A DNA stretch of 64,000 bases from Callorhinchus milii (GCF_018977255.1 NW_024704743.1:36830001-36894000); one strand, 5' to 3'; shown: positions 29,301-42,323, numbered from the stretch's first letter. A program made the numbers and translations. The notes: generated by a model from the sequence alone, not told the origin.

Positions 29301-31124
29301 AAGTTATTCGCATGCAATTTCAATACAAAGAAAAAGAAAATAGTTCACTATAATGGGGATTCCATTTAAGCTTACAATTTGTGTTAATAAACTCTATTCA
29401 TTAGGTGGTGACGGGAGGGGAGAGAGAATCACACTAGACAACAAAATACAGCAATGTAAGGTAGTTCTTTCAACTTTCCCAAAATCTCTGACCATTACTT
29501 ACTTCATCAAGGAAACCAACAAACCAATTGTTATCAAAAGAAAACTTGATGGGAGTACAGGTTCAGACGTACTACAGCAAGTAGCAAAGGCTGCTATTCA
29601 CAACAGAACATCTCAAATTCTTTCTTGCTGGAGGCTTGACAGCTACTAGAGATGGTAGGTCTACCTGAATGCCATAGAAAAAGTCTGCAACATGAACACT
29701 ATATATGAATCTTATTACTGTACATTGAATTAATACAGTGTATATTCAATAACTGAAAACTAGCCGCTGAGTGCCTAACAAATCTTCCTTTGTTGAATCT
29801 CGCATTTAAAGATGGCAGCATTTATAAGGTTAATAGGCATGGGCGTTTTTTTGCTGAGCACAGCCTGAAACTTTCTGATTGGCTTTTAGCCAACCAGCAG
29901 TTTCTCCCAGCTGCACCACATGCCAGCCAGCAGGCAACACTCAATAACATCCTGCTTTAACACTAAATTCTCTCAGTTTGGAGGGGAATTTGTCGTCCAC
30001 TCATTTTGGAATAATTTTTTAAAACTTACATACTACAAAGAAATTAAGATGAGAAGCAAAAATAAATGGTACCAAATCACCCTTGTTTTTCAAGTCTGTC
30101 ACGACACCTTCAAACATATGGAATTAATTTGACAAACTTCAAAGCCCCAGCAGCTTCCATGCACCTCACCCTAACTGCTCAAGTTGCGTTCCTTCCCATG
30201 TGCCATATTGACTGCATATCCAGAGCTATAATCTTAAAGGACAATTTGTTTGCTGGTGTTGGCACATTAAAAGTCATTTGAATGAAGTGGACTTGGTATA
30301 AAGAAGAAAAATGCATCATTTTTTATTTAAATGTAAAGCATTTTCTAATATAAAATCTAATTATCCAATATAATCTAGCTAACACACTTTTGCAGCAAAT
30401 ACCTTGTTCATACTAAATCTGAATCTCGTAATTCAGGTGGGTGAAAGCCAAGCTCAGTCGGGAACACTCTCACCTCGGAGTCTAGGCTGACACTCCAGTG
30501 GAATGTTGGGGGAATGTTGCATTCGTCCAGGTGCCATCCTTCAGGTGACATTAAACCGAGGTCCCGTCTGCCTGTTCAGGTGGACATTAAAGATCCAATG
30601 CCACTACTCTAAAACAGAAGGTAATTTCTCCTGGTCCTGGTCAACAATCCCCCAGATAAAATTGATTATTCACGACTGTTTACTTTCTAGTTGTGCAACA
30701 GTAACAGGAATCACATAGTCACTTCAGAATAATTTTCATGAATCAAGACATATCTGTCATCACACTGAATCTTAAATTTCAGACAAGATTAACCACTTGC
30801 ACACACCAAAGCCCATTGATCATTTAGTTAATTTCAGAATTAAATGGTTGGTACAGTGACACTCGCAAAAGTCCCATCTGTATAAATCATACAATTGCCT
30901 AAATCGTACATCAAATTAAAAAGTGCTAGTCATACTAATCACCACATAACTCGTATCACGCTACCGAATTTACCAGTTGTCAGATCAAAACTTTGTTTCC
31001 CATGCCTGCCTCAAACAGAACACCGCGCATGCGCTCTCTCCATACCCTCCCTCCCCTGGGGACGCAACATCAACCTCATCATGCACGACAGTGGGAGGGG
31101 GTTGGGAGGGGCTGAGAGAGGAAA

Positions 31125-31715
31125 CAACAACAAATTATGCTTATATAGTGCCCTTCACGTCGGAAATACGCCCCAGGGCGCTGGACAATCAGGAGTTTGG
31201 GACCCCAGCTGGGAGTTGGGTCAGGAGGGGTGGAGGGCAGGTGGCCGAAGGCATGGTTGAAGAAGGTTTTTAGACGGACTTGAAGGAGGCAAGAGGGGGT
31301 GAGGCAAGGGGATTGCATGAGTTCCAGAGTGTGGGGCAGTGATGCCGAATGCTCGACCACCAATGGTGAGGCAGGAAGTGCGGGAGACCTGGAGCAGGCC
31401 AGTGTCTGCCGAGCGGAGGGAGAGGACAGGCTGACATGGGGTTTGGAGGTTGCAGGGAGCAAGACCACTGAGGGCTCTGAAGGTGAGAACAAGGGTTTTG
31501 AACTTGATTCTCTGAGGGATGGCGAGCCAGTGAAGCCAAGCCAAGCAAAGTTGGAATTGGTGTGGGAGAGGGCACAAGCTGCAGAGTTCTGAATTACTTG
31601 CAGCTTGTGGAGGGAAGAGTTGGGAAGTCCAGCAAGCAAGCAGTTGGCGCAGTCAAGCTGGGACGTGATGAAAGCGTGGATCAGGGTCTCAGCGGCTTGC
31701 GGGAAAGAAAGAACC
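31125..31715 (-). mobile_element. L2-clade LINE 3' fragment in intron 1
   Basis: AAETLIHAFITSQLDCANCLLAGLP..LHKLQVIQNSAA and LHWLAIPQRIKFKTLVLTFRAL.GLAP are typical L2 ORF2 C-terminal motifs; (GTT)n tail. Confidence 0.9.
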
Positions 31716-34700
31716 TTACCAACCACCACCAGGCAGTGAGCCACCCCACACGCGCGGCGGATCCTGCTGCCAGATAATGCAAGAGGTTATAGAGAGAGTG
31801 ATTGGGGAGGGGGGAAGAAGAAGAAACAGAGAGGGAAGAGAGAGGATATAGAAAGAGTGATGAGAGAGGGAAGAGTAGATTGAGCGAGAAAGAACATGAG
31901 AGGGGGAGACGTACAGCGAGTGAGAGACAACAGAGAGAGGGGAGATGAGGGCACAGTTTTGTGGTTCACAAACATGGCATCCGGCCCTCAGCTGCCAAAA
32001 GGTTAGACCACCCTGCGCCACGTGAAGCCATCTTTGTAAGAGTTTATATTCCAATAAAACAGTTCTGTTTTGAAACCTGTATTGTTGCGCCACTCACATT
32101 ACATGTTTTCTGCACGAGCTGAAGCTCAATATAAGAGCATTAGATTCTGTACCAAAAGGTCTGGGTCATTTATTAACTGTACTCACAACACTGTATACAA
32201 ACTACCCAGCACATAAGAGAACTCCAATGTTCCTTGCATTTCAAGAAACCAACACGCCTGGCAACAAAATATGTATCAGTAAATTCCAAAAGAATCAACA
32301 GGTACGATGATCTGTAAGTAATTAACTTTACAAATAGGTTGACAACTATATGGATGAAATGTTGCACTGATCTTACTTCAAACGAAAATATCTGAAAGTG
32401 CAGCCTCATTTCCAACACAAATTTCCTTGACACTTTATTGGAAATGAACCACTTGTAATCATGACCCATGCTAACCAAAAGATGCCAAATTCAATCTCTG
32501 ATCCTTGCTGAGTTAACTGAAATCAGTTGAGGTGGGGGACACTGGGTATTAAATTGGCTTCAGGAATCCCAGATTGGTAAATGAATAATTCCCAATTACT
32601 ATGCAGTGACCTCTACTGGGGCTTTGTTTAACATATACATAGATATGATCAACTATAACTCTGCTTCACACTTACAATACCTAGGCAAATAAGATTGACT
32701 ACATGGACAGCATATTGGAGAATTCCTGACACCAACAGAACTGGACTCAACATAAGTCACTTCCATCAGTAGAAACAGGACACGGGGAGGAAATACCAAA
32801 GGAAAAGCAAGTAAATGCTGACTTAACATTTCTGGTTGAATTCTTTGTATCGTTCTACATATTCGTTTTGCATTAACAGACATCAAAAAGTTGCATCTGT
32901 GCACAATGCATTCAAAATTGCATTCGGATCATTCCTAGCATCCAGCAGGAGAGGAGGAGTCACTTGATGTAATGGAAATTTGGAAACAACAAACAGAAAT
33001 GCTTAAATTCACAGTAGGTATTTATTTGATATGCTAACGTTCACCAGACTCAAGACATTATGATTGAAATAAAAATAAATATGAGCGAAACACACCAATG
33101 AATAAGTGAATGATGGAACAAGATTGCTACTTGTCTCTCTTTATTGAGCATTTCCCAATATCTCTATATTCTCATACAGCAATAAATAAGAATAAATAAA
33201 GTCAAACCTACAGCATTGTAGCCCAATTCAAATAATCATGGGAATGAATCCTACCGGGTGCTGAAGACACTGCAACAGTGATCACAATTCTAATCACCTC
33301 GAGTATGAGTTTAAATCTAATCCTAATGGCAAAATGTGTCGAGAGATCACCAAGCACAGAACTAACTAGTTCCATAACATTGAGCTCCTCCTCATCTCAG
33401 AAGCATGATGGATCCATTGACATGGCAGCACAAAAGCCCTCCACTAACTATTGTTTTTGAAAAATGGTTTGAGTGAGAGAAAATCCATTCTGGAATCCAT
33501 TTCTACCCAGACAAAAGCTGTCTGACATGTTAGGAATACTCAATGCATAGTTTTAGAACCACAATAGGGTATTTAAAACCCACTCAAATTAAGGTAAATT
33601 GCATATTATGAACCAGGAGTACAGCCAAAAGCCATCAATCTAGAGCAAACAAAGAAATAACCCTCAAACCATAACTGCTAATAACAAGTCACAAGTCCAT
33701 CTGTAAGGTTCACTCAGTATCACTATCTTATGCCTTGCAGTTTGTATATTGCACTATGAATAATGTCTCACAAGATTATAATATGCTGCAACCAAATTAT
33801 TGTAACAGAATAGCTTGCAACAAGTCAGTGCAGTTTGAACTGTGGGAAAATATTAATTTAATAATCATTTGGCTAATGTAGATACTGAAACATTAAATTT
33901 AAGAACAATGTAATGAGGTGTAAACTGAGAACTAGGTTAAAGACCAACATATCAATAAAATTACTTCTACACCCAAAAAAGCACATTTTATAATGCTTTG
34001 TTAAAGCACATATCAATTTCAATAGTTTGCCATGTAATAATGAAAAACATCTACTTTTTTTCAATTTCAAAGTTACAACTATGATGCCGAATTAAGCATT
34101 CAGTATTTGATCAAATCTGTGAGATCAACATTATAGGTGTGCACAAATATGAACCAAACAAGTTATTTTTTATGCAATGAACAAACTGATCACAGACAAA
34201 GTATTTTCTAAACTGCATTTATTGAGTAGTTATATTGCACAAATTTCCATATTGCCATCCTTTAAGATTGTAAGGTTAAAAAAACTTAACCTTTTCAAAA
34301 ATTGGAACTTCAAACACATTTAGAGTCCTCAACAGGTTATAAATTTACAAACAGTTTCGGAAAATGTAATGGCCTACATAAGAATTCAATTTAAATCTGC
34401 AAACCCTGGAATCTTACCAACCTAACATCTGCATTTTAAAATAGCTCAAGGTAATTAAAAGGCATTAGACCAAAATAAGTACATTTGCAAAAAAAACCTT
34501 TCAACCAGCTCCTTTCATCTCTCCTACCATCCCCAACCCGAAAAAATCTTTAGTAATCTTTGATAACAGTTAGCCCAAATTATTATTAAGACTAATAAAA
34601 TTCAGGTTGTAACATACAAATCTATTAGATATTTTTAAAGTTGTTCATAGACAGAAAACAGATTTAAAATAAATTAAAACTCCCAGAATCTGACCGAAAC

Positions 34701-35229
34701 ATTTGTTAAAAAGTAAATTTTCATGTCTGAATAACATGAATCAATGGTTTGACTCCACCAAAAAAAATGTTGTACGTTTAAGATACGGTAAACGGAACTG
34801 TGAACTCACCAGTTCACCTCTGAAAGCAAGCCCGCTCTTTCACCTGACACTCCACATTGGCTCTTTTTTTGGTAACAATTTATTTCTTCATTGGTCAAAA
34901 TCCTTAATGTCAAAATAAATACCTTTATTCTCCTACCGATTAAACTACCTTTCCTTCAATGTTGATCTTTCCTGATGGAAATAAATTCTCTGCTGACTGG
35001 TCTCTGGTAAAAAAAAATCTTGGGGGGGGGGTGGGTGTTAAGAACAGCGGGATTTGATGCTACTGGACAAAAATCCTGACAGGATGTTCCAATTCTGTTA
35101 CCCCTCTACCCCACTTCAATTAAAGAATATCCTCTTTCTCTTCTATCTCAGAAGTATAATGTATCTCTTCGCTCCTCCTCGTGTGAATACCCCTATATAA
35201 TTCCTGTCTTTTCTCTTTCCCTCCCCTTT

Positions 35230-36035
35230 TCCAGGTATAAACTCTACCAGCCCAGCCCCTACTGAGTATAACCTCTTCCCTCTCAACCCCTCCAGTCTGG
35301 GTATAACCTCCTCTCTCCCCCCACCACCACCAAGCCCGGGTATAACCTCCTCTCTCACCCCTCCCTACCAGCAGACAGGGTTAACTTCCTCTCACTCCCC
35401 CCCACCACCAGACAGGGTATAACCTCTCTCACACCCCCCCCCCCACCCCCCATCAGAAAAAGTATAACCTCCTCTCTCTCTCTCACCCCCACACCAGACA
35501 GAGTATAACCTCCTCTCTCACCCCCACACCAGACAGGGTATAACCTCCTCTCTCACCCCCACACCAGACAGGGTATAACCTCCTCTCTCACCCCCACACC
35601 AGACAGGGTTAACCTCTTTCACAACCCCCCCCCCCCCCCCATCAGAAAAAGTATAACATCCTCTCTCACCCCCACACCAGACAGGGTATAACCTCCTCTC
35701 TCCACCCCCCCACCAGACAGGGTATAACCTCCTCTCTCCACCCCCCCACCAGACAGGGTACAACCTCCCCTCTCACCCCCCCACCAGACAGGGTACAACC
35801 TCCTCTCTCACCCCCACACCAGACAGGGTACAACCTCCCCTCTCACCCCCCCACCAGACAGGGTATAACCTCCTCTCTCCACCCCCCCCCATCAAACAGG
35901 GTACAACCTCCCTCTCACCCCCCCCCCCCCCCCCCCATCAGACAGGGTATAAGCTCCCTCTCACCCCCACACCGGACAGGGTATAACCTCCTCTCTCCCC
36001 TCCCCACCACCAGACAGGCTATAACCTCCTCTCTT
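35230..36035. repeat. Minisatellite, ~35-bp unit CTCACCCCCACACCAGACAGGGTATAACCTCCTCT, roughly 22 copies
   Basis: Directly visible tandem array with variable C-run length, at the 5' end of intron 1. Confidence 0.95.
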
Positions 36036-36059
36036 TCTCTCTCTCTCTGTCTGTGTCTG

Positions 36060-37420
36060 TCTGTCTGTCTGCCTCACGAGCACAGTCTGGGTGTAAAACG
36101 TCTCTCACCGGGGACAGCCACTCCGCTCTCCCACCGCCACGTTGCTCGGCGGGGCTTTGAGATGCGATTTCCAAGAAACACCACCGGGTCGGGGGGGGGC
36201 GGAAGGGGGGGAAGAGAGGGATAGAGATAGAGAGAGATCGGGGCTGCGTCCTCCTCCGGGGGAACAGGGAAGCGGGAGAGGACGAGGAAACAGTTTGGGG
36301 TGGGGGGGGGGGGGGAATAAACTGGTGGTGGGGATCAGGGGAAGGGAGAAAAGGGAGGGGGTGGGGGAAAAAAGGTGGGGTGGGAGAGGAGAGGGAGAAC
36401 AGTTTTGAAGAAAAAAAACCTACCGCCAGCGAAGAACGGGTCCAAATTGGGCGGCAGTGGGGCAGCGGCGCTACACAGGGTTTTACTGGCCGGAGACTCT
36501 CTCTCTCTCCCTCTGGGTGTGTGAGCCGCGGTGGCGGTTGGTGCCGTGCGTGCGCGCGCCGTGTGTGTTGTGTGTGTGTCTCTGTGTCTCGAGCTCAGTC
36601 CGTTGCTCTCTCTCTCTCTCTCGCTCTCGCCGCCCGACAACCGCCACCGCCGACACAAACCAAAATGGCGACCGAGCACCGACCGCCGCTCTTAAAAGAG
36701 GCGCTCGCTCGCTCGCTCCGCTCCCTCTCACACACGCCAAGCCCCGCGCGCAACCGGTGCGCCTCCGCCAGCCACAAAGTAGTGCGGCGTTTCTCTTACT
36801 GGTTGAGAGCCGCGAGTGTGGAGGTCTGTGTGTGTGTGTGTGTGTGTGTGTGGAGGGGCGAAGGGGAGAGAAAGACACGGGGCTGACACCCCCCCCTCTC
36901 CACTCCTCCTCCTCCTCCTCTCTACACGTACCGGAGTTTAATAAAGAATTCTCTGCCAAGTTTCAAATGATAAAGTTTTAATTTTTAACACAAAAACAAG
37001 AATCACAAACGTCCCGAGTTCGACGTCGGGGATGTGTTAGCGGGTGGGCTTTTTTTTTCCCTCTCGATGAATTTTTTTTAAAAAAAAAGAAAAACAAGTG
37101 GCGGTGTGGAGAGGCAGAGGGGGAGAGAGAGAGAGAGAGAAAAGAAAGAAAGTGTTGAGCTTTTATTTTTTTTGCAGAAAGGTCTGTGGGAGGAGGAGCG
37201 CAGAGGCTGAGACTGTGTGTGTGTGTGTGTGAGTAGTCTGTCCCTCGCTGCGCGCGCACTTCGCTCCGAAAGGCGGGGGAGGCGCCCGTGTAGGGATACA
37301 GCGCGGCAGGTGCTGCGGCCGGGGACACCTCTCGCCCAGTGTGTGGAGGGGGAAGGGACGGCCGAGCAGCGCCGCAGGTCGGTCAGTCAGTCAGTCAGTC
37401 ACCAATGTACTCAGGTTGGG
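36060..37420. promoter_or_regulatory. CpG island / ctnnb1 promoter
   Basis: Dense CpG in an otherwise CpG-poor window. YY1-type motif CAAAATGGCG at 36661-36670, TATA-like TTTTAAGAG (minus) at 36689-36697, GC boxes, and (GA)n and (GT)n tracts. Confidence 0.85.
36424..36670 (-). other. ctnnb1: ctnnb1 non-coding exon 1 (5' UTR); 5' boundary approximate
   Basis: Lies in the CpG island downstream of TTTTAAGAG...CGCCATTTT, which resembles the human CTNNB1 start region (TTATAAGAG...CGCCATTTT, recalled). Candidate donor GCG|GTAGGT at 36424/36423. No upstream AUG in the interval. Confidence 0.65.
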
Positions 37421-37954
37421 CGGGTTCCTGTGTGGAATTGTGTGTGTGTGTGTGTGTGTGTAAAAAAAACCCACTCAGCTTTGGGCGGGTGTCTTGTTTT
37501 AAATTTAATTTAACCCGCAACACGTTTCCCCCCCCCACCCCCCACCCCACCCCCACTTTGAAGACCTTCTGTGACACAGTTTGTCAAAGCACTGAAACCT
37601 AAATGGGTCAATGTTGGTGCTGCCCTCCACACTCACTCACTCACTCACTGGGTGGGTGGGTGAGGCGTGTTATATGGGGCTTCTTCGGGGGCGAGTGCTG
37701 GACCGGGTTTGGTGGACTTTGGGCTACAGACGGATTGCAATCTCTGGCCACTGACTCAACTCTCGGCTCCTCACAGCCCAGGAAGAGGAGGGACAAAACA
37801 GCCGAGCTTGGCAAAGCCTTAATAATGTCATGGTTATCACAACAACAAAACAACAGCAACGATTAGCGGCCGCTTTCTATTTCTATTTCTCTCCCCCCAC
37901 ACCCCAATCCTTTCCCTTGTTTCTCAGTTACATTTCTTTTCGGGTCACATTTCT

Positions 37955-38830
37955 CTCTTTCCCCCTTGTTTTCCCCTCTCCCCCCCCCCCCCCCTGTTTT
38001 CCTCTTTCTTTCCCCCTTGTTTCTCTTCTCCCTTGTTTTCGTCCTCTCTCCCCTTCGTTTTCCTCTTTTCCCCTTGATTTCCTTGTTTTCCCCTTTCTTT
38101 CCCCCCTTGTTTTCATATTTTCCTCTCTCTCTATTTCCCCCTTGTTTCTCTCCCCCTTCGTTTTCCCCTCTTTCCCCCTTGTTTTCCTCTTCTCTCTCCC
38201 CTTCGTTTTCCTCTCTCTTTCCCTTGTTTTCCTCTCTTTCCCCCTTGTTTTCCTCTCTCTTTTCCCCCTTGTTTCTCTCCCCATTGTTTTCCTCTCTCTT
38301 TCCCCCTTGTTTTCCTCTCTCTTTCCCCCTTGTTTTCCTCTCTTTTCCCCCTTGTTTCTCTCCCCATTGTTTTCCTCTCTCTTTCCCCCTTGTTTTCCTC
38401 TCTCTTTCCCCCTTGTTTTCCTCTCTCTTTCCCCCTTGTTTTCCTCTCTCTTTCCCCCTTGTTTTCCTCTCTTTTCCCCCTTGTTTCTCTCCCCATTGTT
38501 TTCCTCTCTCTTTCCCCCTTGTTTTCCTCTCTCTTTCCCCCTTGTTTTCCTCTCTCTTTCCCCCTTGTTTTCCTCTCTCTTTCCCCCTTGTTTTCCTCTC
38601 TCTTTCCCCCTTGTTTTCCTCTCTTCCCCCTTGTTTTCCTCTCTCTTTTCCCCTTGTTTTCCCCTCTATTTCTCCATTGTTTCTTTCCCCCTTGTTTTCC
38701 TCTCTTTCCCCCCCGTTTTCCTTTCTCTCTTTCCCCCCTCGTTTTCCTTTTCCCTCTCTTTCCCCTTCTTGTTATTTTCTCTTTTCTCTCTTCCCCTGGT
38801 CTCCCCCTTGTTTTCTTTTCTCTCTTCACT
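37955..38830. repeat. Polypyrimidine minisatellite, ~23-bp unit TTCCCCCTTGTTTTCCTCTCTCT
   Basis: Directly visible. Almost no A on the + strand; degenerate at both ends. Confidence 0.95.
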
Positions 38831-41749
38831 CCCGCCCCGCCTATGTTTCCCGTGTGTGTGTGTGTGTGTTGGAAGAGAGAGGGAAGAGTCGGTTCGTAAA
38901 ACCCCCTCTGGGTGTTGCTGATGTGTGTGTGTGTCTATGTGTTCTCTTAAAACGCGATAAGAGGTAAACACGATCCTGTTATTACCGCTGAAGTTTGTGT
39001 GTCTGAAAGAAAGAAAGAGAGAGAGAGAGAGAGCGAAAATAAACTTCAGGTCCGCCTGCCCGGGTTGCAGCAGCCAGAGATTGCACTGACTTGAAATAAA
39101 TCACAGGGGGTGAAAAATGCTGGAAATGCACAGGGAGGGGGCAGGCAGTCAGCCAGTCGGTCTCAAAAAGATAGGGTGTGATCCTACCCACTGCCTTCAG
39201 CAGAGTGAGTCCATTTCCAGTTGCACAGACATGTACTGTGTATGTATGTGCATATATATATATGCACACGCACAGATCAGTTTGATTTCCTGCTTTCTGT
39301 TCATTTGACTTGTTTTTTTGTAAAACGTCGGCTAAGCGTCAAAAAGCCTTTTGAGTTTCACGCGCACAATAACATGTGGCCGGTGTGTGGTGTGTGTGTG
39401 TGCGTGTGTTTGGGTGGGTGGGTTGGGAGTGTACGACAAACTGTGGTCTTTGCACAGGAAAGTCATTCGAAACTCGCCGACCACCTCCCCCCAGAAACCG
39501 TGCAGCAACTTGAGGCTGCAGCTCTGGCACACAAAGGGGGGACAGTGTGGCAGTCAGTCCCAGGGCTCAAATGTCTGCGAAGTCACAGCCCTGATTCGAT
39601 TAGCGAAAACAACGCTGAATTTAAGAAAAAAACCCAGGACAATGTCATCCTTTATTTACAAATTTAATTTTCTACTCCACGCACTTCCCACATGGACAGT
39701 CTGACTCGGGCTGATAAGAAAACCAAAGGCGCAATGCGAGGGATACTTACTTGCTTTGGCACTGCAGCATTCATTAGTTGCAATTACGAAAAAAAATAAG
39801 CGGACTTTAAACTGCACAAAACACGCCGCATTAAACCCATTAATGTACCCCAGCATGAGTCACTGCCTTCGGGAGAGGGCTGGTGAAAATACTGTAACAA
39901 AATGTATAATAGCCCCCTATATAGCTGTTTCTTCAACGTAGAATTTCCTTTCGAAGAACTCAAAGCACAGAGGTGTTTATCAATTACCACATATAAAATT
40001 TAATTCCATAAGTTATTAATACTGGCTATCATAAAGTAAACTAATACCTGAAATTACATTTGTACATGTACAATACTTCAGAATAAATTATCACAGTTTT
40101 ACTCTAAAATAATGCTTCTCTGCAAATTTGTACCATTTTAAGGAGATGAAACAATATTACTGTACAGTACTTGTCACTGGGTATTTCCCTCTACATCAGG
40201 ATTCAGATGTATTATCCTTATTCGCACATATTTTCAGCATGCATTACAATGTTTAAAATATTTATAGAAAATTTATTTTATTTTGCTAGCCTTTCTATCA
40301 TAGTGTTACAAGTATTTAATATATCATCCCAATTTGAAACACTATCTTTTAGCAAAATACTCAAAATTCACTTACAAAATACAAACATACATTTTCCAGT
40401 AAATTCCGTGAACAACAACAACAACTTGCATTTATATAGTGCCCTTCACGCCAGACGGCGATTCGGAGTCTGAAGTGCGAACATGAAAGGTACGATATCA
40501 AATGCAAAGAATTTAAAATACTGTTCTCTGAGTATTGTGAGAGAATACGAGAAATGCAGAGACTTAATAAAAGATTATACTGTAAATATGTGTTGGTATT
40601 TTAAGAATGTATTGAATACACTGCTGGATACTGTTAATGCATACTTCAGTATCAACAGTAAATGGGAAATAAGCACACGGTTGCCAATGTTACAATAATC
40701 ATAGCTTTGTTTTGCTAAATAGATGAACAAAATTCGATCATTTTTCCAGGTTCCACACGACAAATATTCTTACCCCCTCTCCAAAGCATGTACTCATACT
40801 GAGATTTAGTTCCACGTACATTGGCACTTCATCCGAGTACTTATTCTTGATGTTTGAGACAAGACAGTGAATGTCAGCGCGTTATTTGACCGAGAGAAGA
40901 GAATGCCAACCGAGTCTGATTGTGTGCTTACTTGACATTAACACACACTCACTTTATTGCAATGGTTATTGGATAGTGATGAGGACTGAGGCTCTTTCTG
41001 ATTTTTTTCCATTCCTTGGTCCTGACAGAGTGAGACTAATTATAATGTCTTACCACTGCACTGCCTGAAATCAACTTACTGAGAGGAGATGGAACCAGGA
41101 ATCTTCCAGGTTTGAGCGTTTACGTTTCATTCATTGAGTGAGTATGTTACAGTTTCAAATGGATACTGATCAATTATTCTCATCCGAAATCACAAAGGTT
41201 GCAATTTTGGTCAAATAAAATTCCGTTACAATTACCCGGTCTGTCCTTCATGGCAAAGGTAAAATTCTCAAAAAAATAATCTTAGGCAACATTCAACATT
41301 TCATTGTTGGCAGTTGTTTAGAAGGCAGCTATCCAAACTGAGGAGATCATGCTGAGCAAACATTGAAATTTTGTTCAGCAAAACCTCAAGATTGTGTTGT
41401 ACAATGCAATCGACTAACAAGTATATAGAATATATTATATATAGTATATATTTTTTTAAATTGGAATTTATTTAATTTTTTCTTCCATTTTTCCTTGGCC
41501 ATCATTTTGTCTACCCATGCCTGAGAAAAGGTGCTGCACACCACCTAATGAACATTAGGAAATATACAAGTGAACAAGTGACAAGACTTTGTTTGAGCAT
41601 TCTAATGGTTGCATGTTGAGATGTTGAGTTGGAGAACCCAACATGAAGTAGCAAGAGCAAATCTATATCCTACATGGCACAATTTGGATTCCACCCCTGC
41701 CCCACCACCTCCAACACACACACACATATCAATTTTGTTAATAAGATTA

Positions 41750-41930
41750 AATAAATAAATTGGTCACTCAAACCACAACTGTTTGTGGGACACTGTTGTG
41801 TGCAATTGACTGCTACATTTCGCCCACAAAATATACAGTCAATTCACTTTATATTCTGTGAAGCGCTTTGAGCCGTCTAAAAGACGTGATAAAGCTCTAT
41901 ATCAAATGCAAGGATTATTATTATTATTAT
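41750..41930 (+). mobile_element. 5'-truncated SINE (3' half)
   Basis: Shared body and tail ending ATCAAATGCAAGGA(TTA)n. Similar fragments at about 3452-3620(+), 4108-4270(-), 9472-9585(+), 10797-10920(+), 25000-25099(+), 42028-42130(-), 58735-58830(+), 60340-60520(+), 61428-61611(+) and 62253-62370(-). Confidence 0.85.
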
Positions 41931-42323
41931 ATGATAGATTTTGAATGATTATGATGGCTCCTTATGTGGCTAATGCTAAATCCCATTCAGGACTACACAG
42001 AATCAAGTTGTGTTAAGACTTTCCAGGATAATAATAATAATCCTTGCATTTGATATAGCGCCTTATCAAGTCTTTGAGCGCTTGGCAGAATATACTGTAA
42101 AGTGAATTGACTGTATATTTTGTAGGTGAAACCATGAAACTAAGATACCATGTTCATATAAGTGCCAAAACATAAACACATTTTCTGGCCTCCATATGAT
42201 TAGAATCACAAACAACGTTCAAGCACTCCCTGTATAGAGATTATATCCTAGTTGCAATGTATAAAATTATGGAATCCTGACCAAAATGGAGCATTGTATT
42301 CCTTTTTTTGGAAGTATGTAACA

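Noticed and set aside
35230..36035. CRISPR-like periodicity
   Set aside because: These are head-to-tail units without unique spacers, in vertebrate DNA with no cas genes; it is a VNTR.
36142..36981. Overlapping ORFs in the CpG island, including CAAAATGGCG read as a Kozak start on the + strand
   Set aside because: GC-rich, microsatellite-containing sequence lacks stops by chance. The ATG is the core of a YY1-type motif, and no protein is recognisable.
37292..37306. AGGGATACAGCGCGG resembling the recalled human CTNNB1 5' end
   Set aside because: It is on the wrong strand relative to the gene and the match is short, so probably chance.
37556..37563. TCF/LEF site CTTTGAAG upstream of the promoter (possible autoregulation)
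   Set aside because: A single 7-8-mer is expected by chance, and I have no conservation evidence.
37830..38971. Long ORFs of 363, 333 and 232 aa
   Set aside because: They are translations of the stop-poor pyrimidine minisatellite (F/P/L/S or R/K/G/E low complexity), not genes.
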